Positions 25,901 through 38,900 of a stretch of 64,000 bases of DNA are shown here, in pieces. A program made the position numbers and the translations under genes. The stretch is taken from assembly GCA_964252035.1 (NCBI GenBank), contig OZ176204.1. One strand, 5' to 3'. A model generated the notes under the pieces. It was not told where the DNA came from. It searched no databases and worked only from the letters and a program-made list of their open reading frames with translations. The stretch comes from Podarcis erhardii (Eukaryota). Each line of letters starts with the position of its first letter. The stretch's first letter is position 1.

Positions 25901-27000
25901 GTGTGATTGTTGAAAAAAAGAAAAGTGCCGTGACCTGTATTGAAGTGACCCTCTAATTTTCTTTTCTGAGAAAACTGAATAACAGCAGGTTTAATTTGGG
26001 CCATTGTTCTGGGAGAGGGAGACAAGCCTATTATATTTTTCTATGGGGAAAGAAAAGACCAGCTACGTGGCTAAATGAATGTCATGTTCACATGGACGAC
26101 AACATTGGTAGTTTTAAAAAAACAACTAAATCAATTCTGCTGTTTCTAAAGGAGGGACAATTTTGAGTTCCCTCACTTGAGTCATCATAAACTCAGATCG
26201 TTAAAAGCGTGGCAAGAATCACAAACCTCAGTTACTAAAACCAATGATGCCGGTTTTCATCTGACAGAGAAGCACCTGCCAAGAACAGAGAAATGCTGTC
26301 TGACATCCTTACAGCATAGAAAAATACTATACCAAATACAAATATATTAATATATGTAAGAATCTAAGTATTATGTATAAAGACCTACTTCAGCTGTTGG
26401 CTTACAACAGGTGACAAAAGGCATCATTTCACACAATTGCTGAGTGCCCTTTCCATGAGCTGCCCCTGAAGGTTGCACCAATTGGGTTTTTGATGCTACC
26501 CTCCGTGTAGGCACCAAAACACTTTGTTCTGATCACTGGGAGGTTCAAAGCCAGCAGTGAACAAGCAAAAGCTTGGTACAATCTTCATTCAAGTATGGTG
26601 ATAAGTGGAAGGTGTTGCCACTTGGTTGAGATAACATTGCAAGTGTAAACTTACTTTGGTACATGATGGACAAAATGAACAGTGAACATCAAGCATTGCC
26701 CTCTGCAGCATATGGCTACCAAACAATACCCAATATAATCTACTTTATTACCAAAGTATGGACTGCAGTGGCAGGCACAGTTTTAAAAAATCAGACTTTC
26801 CGTTTGATATGTGTATTGGCTATAATCGGAAATGTGAAGTCATAAGAAATTCCAAAAACCCTAATTAGTTTATTTTGTGTAATTGAACTTGTTTAGGAAC
26901 CTTACAAATGGAAGTTTAAAAGCTGCACATTCTCAGTGTGAAGAAAAATACATTTAACATTCTTGAGGTTTCTATAATAAATAGAAATGAAAAATACTTA
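16911..27000 (+). other. LCOR: Probable long LCOR/PALI1 3' UTR with several candidate AATAAA signals
   Basis: No credible coding exon between the stop and SLIT1. AATAAA at 17199, 18651, 19360, 24765 and 26976; Pumilio-type TGTANATA at 22880 and 24755. The distal end is inferred, not shown. Confidence 0.45.
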
Positions 27001-29683
27001 AGATGGCAAAACCAGAATATGAAAGAATGGCTGCAGATTTAAATGGCCCCACAGATCCTGTTATGTTAACAGAGTTTCATGCTGTACCTGTCTGCAAAAG
27101 TCACCAGTCAAGGCTTTTAGTACTAGCAAGGCAACTTATGCCCTGCTGTCATGTAGTTTCTGTCTCTTAACCTGCAGCAATAGAAGAGTTAGCAGGCTCT
27201 GCATGACTAGCACACACAGAGATACAAGGTGGGAGCCCCTGTAGAAGCCCCTGCAACTAGCCATCCATTTGATTCTCTGCAGGAGCAAAGGATAGCCTCC
27301 TTGCTGCTGCTTTTACCCAAAATATAGTGTATAGTTGAAAACCTGTGCTTCTAATAACCAATTGTTTTATACTAGGTGGTATCCTGAGATGCTACCCTTT
27401 TATTTCTCCCATATCCAATATACCTCCTAGAAACCTGCAACCTTGAGATTACATGTACCAGATGCTTCCAGGCAAGTAGCTCTACCTTTTAGGAGGGAAA
27501 CTTCCCCCTACCATAGGAAACATGATCCATAAGTTTCAGGGAACAAGCATCTGGCTGAGGTTGCCCTGGAAACAAGAACACATGTACAGCCAAGGCCTCC
27601 AGGCTTGTACCGGAGAGCACGTTGTTTCTCAGCAAGTGGATTCTGGCATGACTACTGGGTGAAAATTCTGCATCCTGAGAATATCTCAATTTTTTTTGAA
27701 CAAAGTTGTTTCAAGCCTTCAAGTGTCTCCTACACACTTTAAAGCCTCTGTCTGATGGAAGTCTCAAATACCCAGGCTGGTTAAGTAGCATTTCCAGTGG
27801 TTGGGACATGGCAGCTTCTGTGTGCTATTTTCTCCTCCCAACCAAGAGAAGCAGAGCAAACTCTGCAAATAATCTTTAGATTTGCTTAATTAACATAGTG
27901 CATATAGATCAGAGATATTAACTTTTCATGTGCAGAATTTGAAGGAATCTGGCTTGGTGTTTCTCCCCCCACCCCACCCCCCGCAACTCTAATGGTTTTA
28001 CTTCTAATTATTGGTCAGTAGCTAGTGATGATAAGTGCAAACTACTTTTTCTCTGCAAGAATAAGTTAGATCAAAAGTGTCTTTGACCAATTTGCAGCTC
28101 TATTGTCCAGGGTCTAGCATAAAAACTATCAAACAGGGATTTGGAAACATAGCAAGAGAAGGTACTGTCAGCTTAGTTTATTTTAACTGCCTAGATCTTA
28201 AAGAGCCATCTTATTTCTTCTGATGCTGTGGCCCAGGCCTAACCCCACCTGAGCAAATAATCTATAGCACTTGCTTTGGAAGCCTGTGCTTCAGCATTTA
28301 TTGCAGGCGGTGGCTGATGTACCCAACCCCACAACCTATTACAAGAGGGCAATGGTAATTTGTGGGTGGGCCTGGTGTATGAAGAGTAATGCTACAGTAA
28401 ACTGAGTGCAAGAGACACATGCAATTCATTCCCCCCCTCCCGTTCTAAAAGGCAGGTGAAAGTGAGCATGATGGGTATGAAAATGATTATTCTCGAGTTC
28501 ACAGACATTGGGTTGCAGAACAGGCACCACTTTGAAAATATCCAGACTTTTCATTACAGCAAACCAGATGGCATTTGGGCAGGAGACCGATTTTTGCGGT
28601 GTAGAAAGGCAAGGATATAGGCAGAATCAGAGAAAACTACGTCTGTCCCTGTTGCTGCCCTCAAATCATGGAGATGGCTGGCTTTATAACTGGGGACATG
28701 AAAGTCTCCCTGTCCCATCCAGCAGAGGTACAACAGGAAGACTGCTAGCCAAGGTTTCTCCAGCCCTCATGCAACAAGATCCTACACATGCTTACTTGGC
28801 AGTTAAGTCTCATTGTATTCAATGGTGCTTACTCCCAGCTAAGTGAGTATAGGATTTCAAAATTAGGGAAGTGGTGATAAGTCCTATTAATGCTGGTGGA
28901 TCATTCAATGTGGAGCAAGTGTGGCTCCTTTTTGCTATTAGTTGAGACCAGACTGCAGCTCCAAGGTTAAGCTGTTTTTAAATACCATTACCTTGCAACC
29001 ATCCGGTATAGGAGGCAACTGTTCATACAAACGCTTCCCATTCACCTAAGGGATTTTATCTTTGCTAATTCTGCAGCACACAATCCTCCTGCCTTTGCCC
29101 GGGTGCTGCCTCTGCATTACTTGCAATTTAGTCCTATAAACAGAAGATGAGGTTGCAACGAGCAGCCAGTAGAAATAGGAACAGGTGGGTATTCAACAAG
29201 AGAAAAAGCAAAACTGCCAAAAGAAAAGGGGGGGAAAGACAGACATGGTGCAGGATAGCAGGGTCTAACACCAGGTAAAATGACAAGATATGAAATGGCA
29301 GGATCCCGTGTCTAGGCATGAGCTGTGGACATGGCCTCTCAGGGCACCACACTGGGCAAAACAAACAGGCATGGCCAGGCTTGCTAAGAATCCGTATTGT
29401 GCACAAGTAGTGGCCCCAGATAGAGTCTGTGCTGGATATAAATACATCTGTTGGGCTGGATTTCCCAGCAAAAGTCTTCTATCTACACCTTTGTCTGGTC
29501 CATCCAGAAGAGCCATTGTCACCATGCCAAAGGAGATGCTCCGTTGCCAAACTGAGAGCCCTGCCCCACCCCTCTTCCAAGCAGCAACAGGGGCAAGAGG
29601 AGATGGCAAGGGTGTTCCCAAGGCCTCTGCCAGGGCAGGCCTGGCCCACTTGTCTCTGGCTCCGGCCTGTCCCTTGCTGGAGG

Positions 29684-29922
29684 CTACATGCACTGGGAAC
29701 AGCCGCATTTGCTGGGTTTTTCCACCTCCTCCACAAAGGAAGAGCCATCGCTGCACTCAAAGGTGTATTTCCTGCGCTTGAGGCGCAGTCCTGCACAGCA
29801 TCCTGGCCCTGGGCACGATCCCCGGCACTCCACCCAGGAGACAGGCCGGGTTGTCTGGCAAATGGCATAGCCTCGCTGGACCTGGTGGAAGTCTCGCACG
29901 GCCTCACCCCGACACTCCGACT
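29684..29922 (-). CDS. SLIT1: SLIT1 exon 37 (cystine knot, stop TAG)
   Basis: ttccctag acceptor, phase 1; [23 protein letters not shown]...KCGCSQCM*. Confidence 0.96.
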
Positions 29923-32900
29923 CTAGGGAAAACATTAGGAAGAGGCAAGTTAGGCAAGGAGGCTCCTCTGCGAAAGCCTTCATTATACATTATGCTTGGG
30001 GTTCTGGTAAAGGTCAACTCAAAAAACTGGGCATTCTAGTATGTATAAGCATACTATGACGAATGATCTTGCCTTCTGAATGGTTAGGGTCAGGTAGAAC
30101 AAAATCTTATCTGTCCCTTATCTGGTTGGCTGGGGGTCCTGCGAAACTGGTCTTGCTTTTTGTCAATGGAAGGAGAGGACAGAGAGGCAGGACGGGGTGG
30201 GGTGGGGGATGGGAATCAAGAATTTGTGGCTCAGTTGCTCATGCTCCCTTACCAAAGTTGTGGCCATAGTGTCTGGAAGAAGAGTGCAATGGTATTGTAC
30301 TGGGATGTACAACACTGGCTGTTCTGTGGGACCATGGAATTTCAAATTCCCATTTATAGCTGGTGCAACAGAAGGGATGGAGGTCTACAGTTGCTAGAAA
30401 ACATACTAGGGGAAGAGGCTGGGCAAGAAATTGCATCTAAGGACGCCCTGGCTGGGGTTTCTTCTGCCCACGGTGGGCATACCTGGCTTAACACAATACT
30501 GGCAGCTTAGGTAGAGGCCTAAGCGTCTTATCAGGGGAGGGCCCTCAGGGGTCCTTAGCTATGGGGCACATGGGAATGTAAGGAAGAAAGGGAGAGGTGC
30601 CTGACCTTGGTCACAAAGGTCGCCATCAAATCCCCCGTTGCATTCACAGAAGGCCTCGCCTGTGTCTGAGATCTGGCACTGACCATGAACACACTGCAAG
30701 CTCTTGCATGGGTTGTGGAGTTCCCCTTGCTGGTTGCACAAGGCTCCCTTGTAGCCATCCTGACACTGGCAACTATAGGAGAGGGCATCAAGGGGCATGC
30801 AGATTCCATGGATGCACCTGTAGAATGAGTGAAACATAAAGCTAAATATATCTGAATTCAAAAGGTTGCAGTTAGGCCACCATCTTCTAGAAGCATCATT
30901 TAACATAGGAAGGACCTGCAAGATTCTCTGTGCACCCTGGCTTCTCCAACATCATCTTAGGAATGCAAAGAAGTGAGAGAGGAGGAGCGTTCTCACTGAC
31001 TCCTCAACTTTCCTTATCCTCCAAACACACAAGTACAGCTTTATTGAGGCTGCTTTAAAGGTGAAGGAGGAGTTGGCATTTGGTATGTGCTGTTGTTCTT
31101 GAACGCTGTTCCCAAACCTATGCCCCTGTGCTGGGCTTTAAGTAAAAGTAAAGGTACCCCTGCCCGTACGGGCCAGTCTTGACAGACTCTAGGGTTGTGC
31201 GCTCATCTCACTCTAGAGGCCGGGAGCCAGCACTGTCCGCAGACACTTCCGGGTCACGTGGCCAGCGCCAGAGCAGCAGACAGAAACGCCGTTTACCTTC
31301 CCGCTATAAAGTGGTACCTATTTATCTACTTGCACTTAAGGGTGCTTTCGAACTGCTAGGTGGGCAGGAGCTGGGACCGAACGACGGGAGCTCACCCCGC
31401 CGCGGTATTCGAACCACCGACCATGCGATCGGCAAGTCCTAGGCACTGAGGTTTTACCCACAGCGCCACCCACGTCCCTTATGCTGGGCGTCCCTTGTGC
31501 TGGGCTTTAGAGGGAACTAATTTCTGTTTTTGTTGCTTCAGTCATAAATGCCCTGTCTGCCCCGCCTCATCAGAGATGAGCAAACAGGAGAGGCAAAATA
31601 CTGCCCATCAGAGCCCACAAGATGCAGTTCCAGTCACACTTAGGAGCACAGGGAGCTGCCTTATACCAGGTCAGACTATGGGTGCGTCTAGCCCAAAATT
31701 GTCTGCTCTGACAGGCAGTGGCTCTGTAGGGTCTCAGCCAGAGGTCACTCCTGATCCTTTCAAAGTGGAAATGCTAGGGATTGAACTTGGCCCCTTCTGC
31801 GTGAAAAGCACATGCTCCACCACTGAGCTGCAATCCCTCCCCACACGCTCTCCATCTTGCACACAGCACTGCAGTGAGAGAAGAAGCCCACAAGGAAAGG
31901 GTGGATTCTGCTGCTGTGTACTCACTTGTGGCCCTGGCAGGGGTTGCTAACGGGCTGGTCGCAATGGGGCCCGACCCAGCCTGGATCACAGTGGCAAATG
32001 GGGCCATGAGGGGTGTTGGGTTGGCAAATGCCATGCAGGCAGTAGAGCTTGCGGCAAGGCTCACACCCGGGCACCACCCCTGGCTTCATCTGTGTCTTAG
32101 TGAAGTCCTGCAGCTCGTTGTTGATGTAGAGGTTGCGGATGCAGCCATGGAAGCTGGAGCCATTCAGGATCTGCCAGAGGCGGAAGGCGGCAGAGTTCAC
32201 ATCCACGGGCATCCCTGCGAAGGGGAGAGCCAGAACAGCAAGGTAAGGGACTGGAAGAGGAAGGAAGAGCAAGGTCCTGGGGCAAAGAGAGATGGTGCTG
32301 GTGGAAGGAAAAGAGCATTCCTTATTCTGGAATGCTGTGTGGAATGTTAAGAGCCACATTCTTCCATTTCTCTCCCCTCTCCCCACTGCCACAGCACCCG
32401 TCGCTCCTCCTCAGTTTGGCACGTGGCTCTTAGTGCCCTGCAGTATGAGCTCAGACACCCCACCCTGGAGAGGAGAACAGAAACATTCCTCTTGCATCAC
32501 TACTATCCAATGGACATGAGCGAAGAAGAGTGAAGGAGTTCTCCATTCAGTTAGTGCCCTCCAGGTGCAAGTATGTAGGTGACAAAGATACCAGCCTCTC
32601 TCACCCCCTTCTCCCCAACTGGACTGGGCCCAAGTCACAGTCCTACCCCCAACATAGAGTGGAGCCTCAGAGTTCAGCGTGTGGGCCTTGCCAAAGCCGT
32701 CCATGGTCATGGGGTCTCCTCCATCGATGGAGAGGTTTACCATCCGCTCAAAGGTCACCAGCTCTACAGTGTGGAACTGCCCGTCATTGATGGTCTCTGC
32801 ACTAGGGAGAGAAGGGAGGTGTGGGATGGGAAAGGCTGGTGGCACCCAACCTTTGGCCTGATATCTGGCATCCACAGCCATCTGGACCCATCCAGCATGG

Positions 32901-35900
32901 AAGTGCAGCACCCGTATCCACTTTGCCTTGTGTTCCTTGTCACTTCTGCACTAACTCCCCACGATCCAGACCCCCGAAACCTTCCTTTTGCCTTCATGGT
33001 CAATGTGCAGCTTTGCTCAATGACTGAGGGTACTCTGAGCTGGAAGGAGAAGCCAAAGGCAGAGGGCTACCTGTAAATGGCAGAGCTGGGGTAGGTGCCT
33101 GGATCATAGCTGACGCGCACATGGCCTTGGTACAGCTCCACCGCCATGTGGTCAGTGTCCCCATTATATAAGAGGATCCCATTGTCTTCAGCCGTGGAGA
33201 CCTGCAGAGAATGAGGGAATGAACAAGCAAGGGGCAGAAACATGAATTCTACAATCCAACCAGTCCCACAAATGGCATGGATGAAGAGTGTGGGCAGATG
33301 CCCGCTCTTGGGGTGGCGGAGGCGGCAGCCTTGCTCATCAACACTTACCTGCAAAGTGATGTTGGCACTGGGCCAGTTTTGCAGGTCAGTGAACTGGAGG
33401 TATGTGTCCCTGTCCACAAAGTTGACACTCAGCAGCTTCTCGCATTTGGGCCCCCCAAAGCCAGGAAGGCACTGGCATAAGGCACGACTGCCTAGCTCCA
33501 CACAGTTGGCCCCATTCTGGCATTCTGCCCTCTCGCATGGGCTGGGTTGGAGGGAGCCATGGGGTGGAATCTCACAGAGCTGGCCGCTATGATAAGAGGG
33601 AGAACACAACAAGGCACAAATTGCGGGAGGCAACTTGGGGATAACACCACAGGGTTTTAGCAGGACCACAGCTGGACCCTGCGGCACTCATACAGTTTTA
33701 AGGCAGTGTGCACTCTCCTCTGATTTTCCTCTTCCCAGAGACTGAGTAAAATGTGCCTGGAATCACATGCATGTGTGTTGCCCCATGATCTTTCCTGGTC
33801 CTTGTTTGTGCCTGCAGTAAGAGCACTCCAGTTCACTGAACTGGGGCATCAAGTGAATGGGACAAGGCAAATACTCAAGTGACATACAAGTCATCACACT
33901 GCCCTGAATCCCAAGGGAAGACTGACACACTTTACTCAGTTTGCTTCTTCACCAATAAAGACAACCAGAATATCTTTGGCCAGGGGTGTCCTTATGGGGT
34001 GGTCCAGCAGACAGGGCCAGCCCAATACATTTTAGCACCTGAGGTGAACCACAAAATGGTGTGCTCCCCACCAACCAGGGAAGAAAGGGTAAAGATCTGC
34101 ATCAGGAACATAGAGAGTATCAAATCAACCTTACTGGACAGTTGAAGTGGGACTCAAAGGCCATTGTGGGGGAGGGGCTCACTCTGAATCATGCCCAGAG
34201 GGCAGCCCCCACTATTTTCTCCCTAGTCACTGTAGAGGTGGCATGTGGGGGGGGGGCTGTTGAGGAGGTGGCAGATCTGCCCTCCAAGGAGTACACCATA
34301 GCTGTTGCTGCCACCACAGCATCCCTTTGAGGCTGAATCCACTGCCCTGTGGATCCGGCCACCTGAGGCATTTGCCTCACTTTGTCTCATGGGCAAGCTG
34401 GCCCTGCCACCCTCTTAATTTGCCCAGAGGCATTCTACATTTATGCAGGTTTATGTCATGGGCATGTGCCCCAAGTCTTTTAAGCTGTCCTCAGCTGCAG
34501 GACAGAGCTATGTTGCATATCTCTGTACATTACTTCCCTATATACAGGAACTACTTTTGCCAGGATGTTCAGAACAACTTGTCTCGACTCCTTGGTGGGC
34601 AGAGCAATTCACACTAGGCATGTAACTCCTTGTGTGGTACAAAGTCCCAGCAAATGTGAGATGCATTCTTTTAATCTCATAAGCACAGTCAAACAACTCT
34701 GGAAACAGCCAGGGTCTTAAAACTAATCACTGTTTGACACTTCTGGTAATAACTGATCACTCTTTTCATTGTACCTCTTTCTCCCAGCCACCCTTGTGGA
34801 AGAGGAACTCTTCCAGTAGAGGGCAATCCCAGGTGTTGAGATTTTCAGGTAGCTTAGAATGAGCTGAACTGGTATATACTCCTGCCCATCTCACAACCTT
34901 ACCTGTAGCCTCCGGTACAAAGGCAGGAATACCCATTTGGCTCATCAAAGCACTTGGCGTTGTTCTGGCAGCGATGGTCTAGGCAGTCGTCATAGTCTAC
35001 ACTGCAATTGTCTCCCACAAAGCCGGGCATGCATTCACACCTGTAGGCAGGGACAGGGAGAAGCCACTCACTGGCTGTAGCTGCATCCCTTTCCTATCCA
35101 CTTTAGAAGTCTGCAATTCCCCTGGTTTGCTGTAGGTTTAAATTTTTCTGCTTCCCCCCATGCCACCAAGGTAGCTGCTAAATCACTCACTTGGGCCCAT
35201 CAGGGGTAGCCCTACACACTGCATCATGTTGGCAGGGGCTAAGCTCCAGGGAGCAGACATCCATTAGCTGCTCACAGTAAGTCCCTGCAGGAAGGAGAGA
35301 AAAGTAGAGAGAGGCAGGCTCAGGCCCCATGTCCCCCGGGCCCAGTCTGCATGTGGCTGAACCAGCTCCCCCAAGGAAAGAGCAGGGAAGGGAAGGAACG
35401 AGGAAGAACAACCTTTGCTGTCCCATCACTTGCATCCGTGTAACAGAACCAATAACTTATGGGTGGGTTTCCATATCCGGACCGGCAAAGTTATTGAGCT
35501 TTTCTTACTTTGCCCAAAGTTGTTGAGCTTTTTGGGCAGATTCACATGAAGTTTTTAAGTTACTTTTTAAGAAAATCAGCAAAAACGATGCTGCCAACAT
35601 GGGCTGCCATACGTCCAAATTTTCCCGGACATCTTAGCAGAATGTACTACAATATTCCGGATATGTCCAGGAAATTCCAGACGTATGGGCAGCCCACTAG
35701 AAACACTGTGAGATAAGGTATGGCAAACTTTCATTCATACAATAGGTGCCAAACTACTTTGAGGGGTGGTTTTTCTTTTAACAATAAATTTTATGAAATA
35801 ATTTAAAATAAAATATTTATAGTCTCATGCTTCAGCCCAGAATGCTGTTATTTGTATCTGACTCCCAAACCCATGACTCAATATTCAACCAGAGTATAGG

Positions 35901-38900
35901 TGGATCTCCTTCTATTGTTCAGGGAAAGACACTATTGTTCATGGGCTACGTACTAACCTGGCAAGGAAGGGGGAACTACTACTTGGGAAGCTAATGCATC
36001 AGGGTATCTTCAGGTATTGGTGGAGGAGAGGTGCTACCACTAAACTAAAAAAAGTAAATGTTGGGCACTGGAGTCAGATCCTTAGGATAAACCTGCCTCT
36101 GGCACTGACCAGCTTAGAAGTTTGTGCTTTGCTACCTTAGCTCTCTTCTGCTTCTCTTCAAGTGCATCTGCCTCCATTACAAGCCTGGCCCTACCTGTGA
36201 AGAACGGAAGGCATAAGCATGTGTAATTGCTGGATCCATTAATGCATGTGGCACCGTTCTTGCAATTGTTATTGTTGCAGTTGTTGGTCCTTAGGCTGCA
36301 GGTTGGACCTTCAAATCCATCCATGCAGGAACACCTGTCGAGAGGGAAATGAGGGTTGTTTAACAAACTGAGAGGTTAGAAGCTGCTCGCTTTGGGGCAT
36401 TTCAGGGGTTTTGTGGGTGGTTTTTCTTTATCATTCTCGAAAAGAGCCCAAAGAAGAGTGAAAGGAAGTCAGGGCTTTGCCAGAAAAACATTCAATGCTC
36501 CGCCAATGGTTCTGAATATTGCACTGTCTTGAAACTGAGACACTTTCATCTCTGATTGGCAGGATGTAGATGGATCCACTTTGGAGGCCACTCGGCATAG
36601 AAGGGATTAAAGAGATTATTGTTTCCAGGAGAGTTCTGGGGCAGACACACTTGGAGCATAGCTGTCAACATTTCCCTTTTTTAAAGGGAAATTCCCTTAT
36701 TCCGAATAGGATTCCTCACAAGAAAAGGGAAAAGTTGACAGCTATGACTTGGAGGGGCTTTAAGTTGAGTAGTGGAACAGGCAAGGGAGGGGAGGGGTTA
36801 AAGAAGAAGAAGAAAAGAGGACCCTTGGGATGGGCAAGAAAAGAAGGCTATGAGGATATGAGACTCAAGGTTAAATGAGCCTAAATGTTTGTTTAAGTAT
36901 TGTCACTTAACTGTTTCTTGCTACTCAGCAGTGGTTTCGGGTGTGTTTACTGTATTTTTCTCTGGTTGTTGAATTTTTTAATATAAACCACCCTGAAATC
37001 CATTTTCATGAAGGGCAGTATACAACTATTTTAAATAAAAATGTAAACCAGCAAATAGGCAAATAAAATCAATTTTCAAAGCTATACCTATGGCTGCATT
37101 TGCATGCCCAAGCTAGATCAGTGTGTGTGCTGTATCTACAGTTCTATGCACATAATGCATGTGGTGCTATGTATGCATGCATGTGCCTGGTTGTGCACTG
37201 CGTGGGTCTGAACTTGAGATTCATTTACGTACACCATGTCACATCTGTGCACACATCAGGAAAGGGACACATTGCATTCACATATATTTGCATGTTGGGG
37301 GGGTGGTGTTGTACTAAAAGCACAGGTGAGTGTGTGCTGCATATGCTGTCATTTCCATTTATACTGCCTGTAGCCTATTTAGCTGGAAGAGGAAGCAGAG
37401 GTGGAAGAACTGATGACCTTCCGTCTCTGGCATATTGAATTGCTCTGCAGGCTGAGGGTCCTGATATCCTTTCCTAGAGGGCTCATCTCCCTGCCTACTA
37501 CCTTTCCCCAAAGGCAGAATCTAGTCTGGCATGTGCAGGCAAACAGCTTTGTCAACCCCCAAAGGACATTATGTGCTGGCTTTGAAGATGCTGGGTTGTT
37601 ATGGTGACGGGATGAGAGGCCATTTAGCATCTTGGCAATTTGGGTACACAGAAAGGGCTAGGGCCCCATTCTCTCTCTACTGCCTGTGGTTTATTTTCAG
37701 CCACTAATTATGGTCTGTTTCCCAGAAAGCCACCCACACTGTACTCTGGAGAGTGAAGTGGGGAGGAGTCCTGTGCATTGAGGCCCAACTGCAAACCAGA
37801 GCTATAGCTCCCCAAGAGGCTGTAAACGTCTTAAAAGGTTTCCCCTGCTGGGTCCCAACCCATTTTTACAGAAAGAAACTGACTACGGCTTCCAGGATTA
37901 GTGATTGTGGTGGTGGACAATCTTGGTGGAGGGTAAAGAATGCCTTTTTGCACAGTATCAACAGAATGCTTCCCAAATTTCCCCCCCAAATCTGTTACAA
38001 AGCACCCCTAAAAACATCCAGCTTTTGTTATGATGGCCTGCACCTCAGAAGGACGTTGGTTTTAGTCTGGAGAGGCCTCAAGAGAGACTCCATTACAGAA
38101 AGCCAAGCTCACATGTTCCAAGCAAGCTGAGCTGCAAAAGCCCCTGGCAAATTCATTGTCTCCTTTCACTGTAAATCTCTGCCATTCCTCCCTTATAATT
38201 TGTAAATTTAGAAGTAAACGAAAGAGCACCATAAACAAGGATATGGCCAACAAAATATCACTCTCACGATTACTAATCAAGAAGTTTTGATCGCCTGAGG
38301 CTCTTGTCTGCAGAGTCCAAAAGATACATTAATCTCTTTTCTCCAACTCATATAAGCAGCAGATTAAGATGCATTTGTAAGAAGCCATTTTGCAAACATC
38401 TTAGACACCATTTTAATTTCTTTATACTCATTCACTGGCAGGAAGACAGGTTTTGCCTTCTTTGCTTTTATGCTAATTTTTAAGCCCAAGGTAAGCATAA
38501 AAGGTGATGCTTTTTGCCTTAACAATTAGGAATCCTTTGGATATCAAAGAGACCTCATCTCTTTGGCTATCCTTTGGATATCAAAGAGACCCAGTAACAT
38601 CCCTAATGGACTCCCACATCTCATCCTCCTCCTCTTCCCTTTTTTTTACTGCTGAAGAGGTGCTCTCATCTCCACCACATACCACCAAACCCTCACAGAA
38701 CAAGGTATGAAACTCTCTCAAGCCCATCAGCCGGCCAACCCCCACTCCCCTTCCCCCTATTTTCTCCTTTCAAGCCCCATCAGGTTCCTCTTTCCTAGGA
38801 AGACCTGCTCTCTTTATTCTCCTTGTCATGCCTCAAACTCTTCCTTTTGCTTTCTTCTAATTCTTGCCCTAAACTCTTCCCCAAAATCCCTACCGAAATC

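Noticed and set aside
29265-29926. Stack of 140-165 aa ORFs on both strands at the SLIT1 last exon and 3' UTR
   Set aside because: GC-rich sequence with few stops; no motif or coding-like composition apart from the SLIT1 frame.
31741-31841. tRNA gene (also 40078-40150)
   Set aside because: A and B boxes only, no complete cloverleaf or acceptor stem; these are SINE heads.
37379-37630. LRR-like translation [11 protein letters not shown] as a hidden extra SLIT1 exon
   Set aside because: The register does not fit SLIT LRR exons (which begin at xLxxNxI in phase 2), the downstream consensus is absent, it runs into a stop, and it lies among EGF exons.
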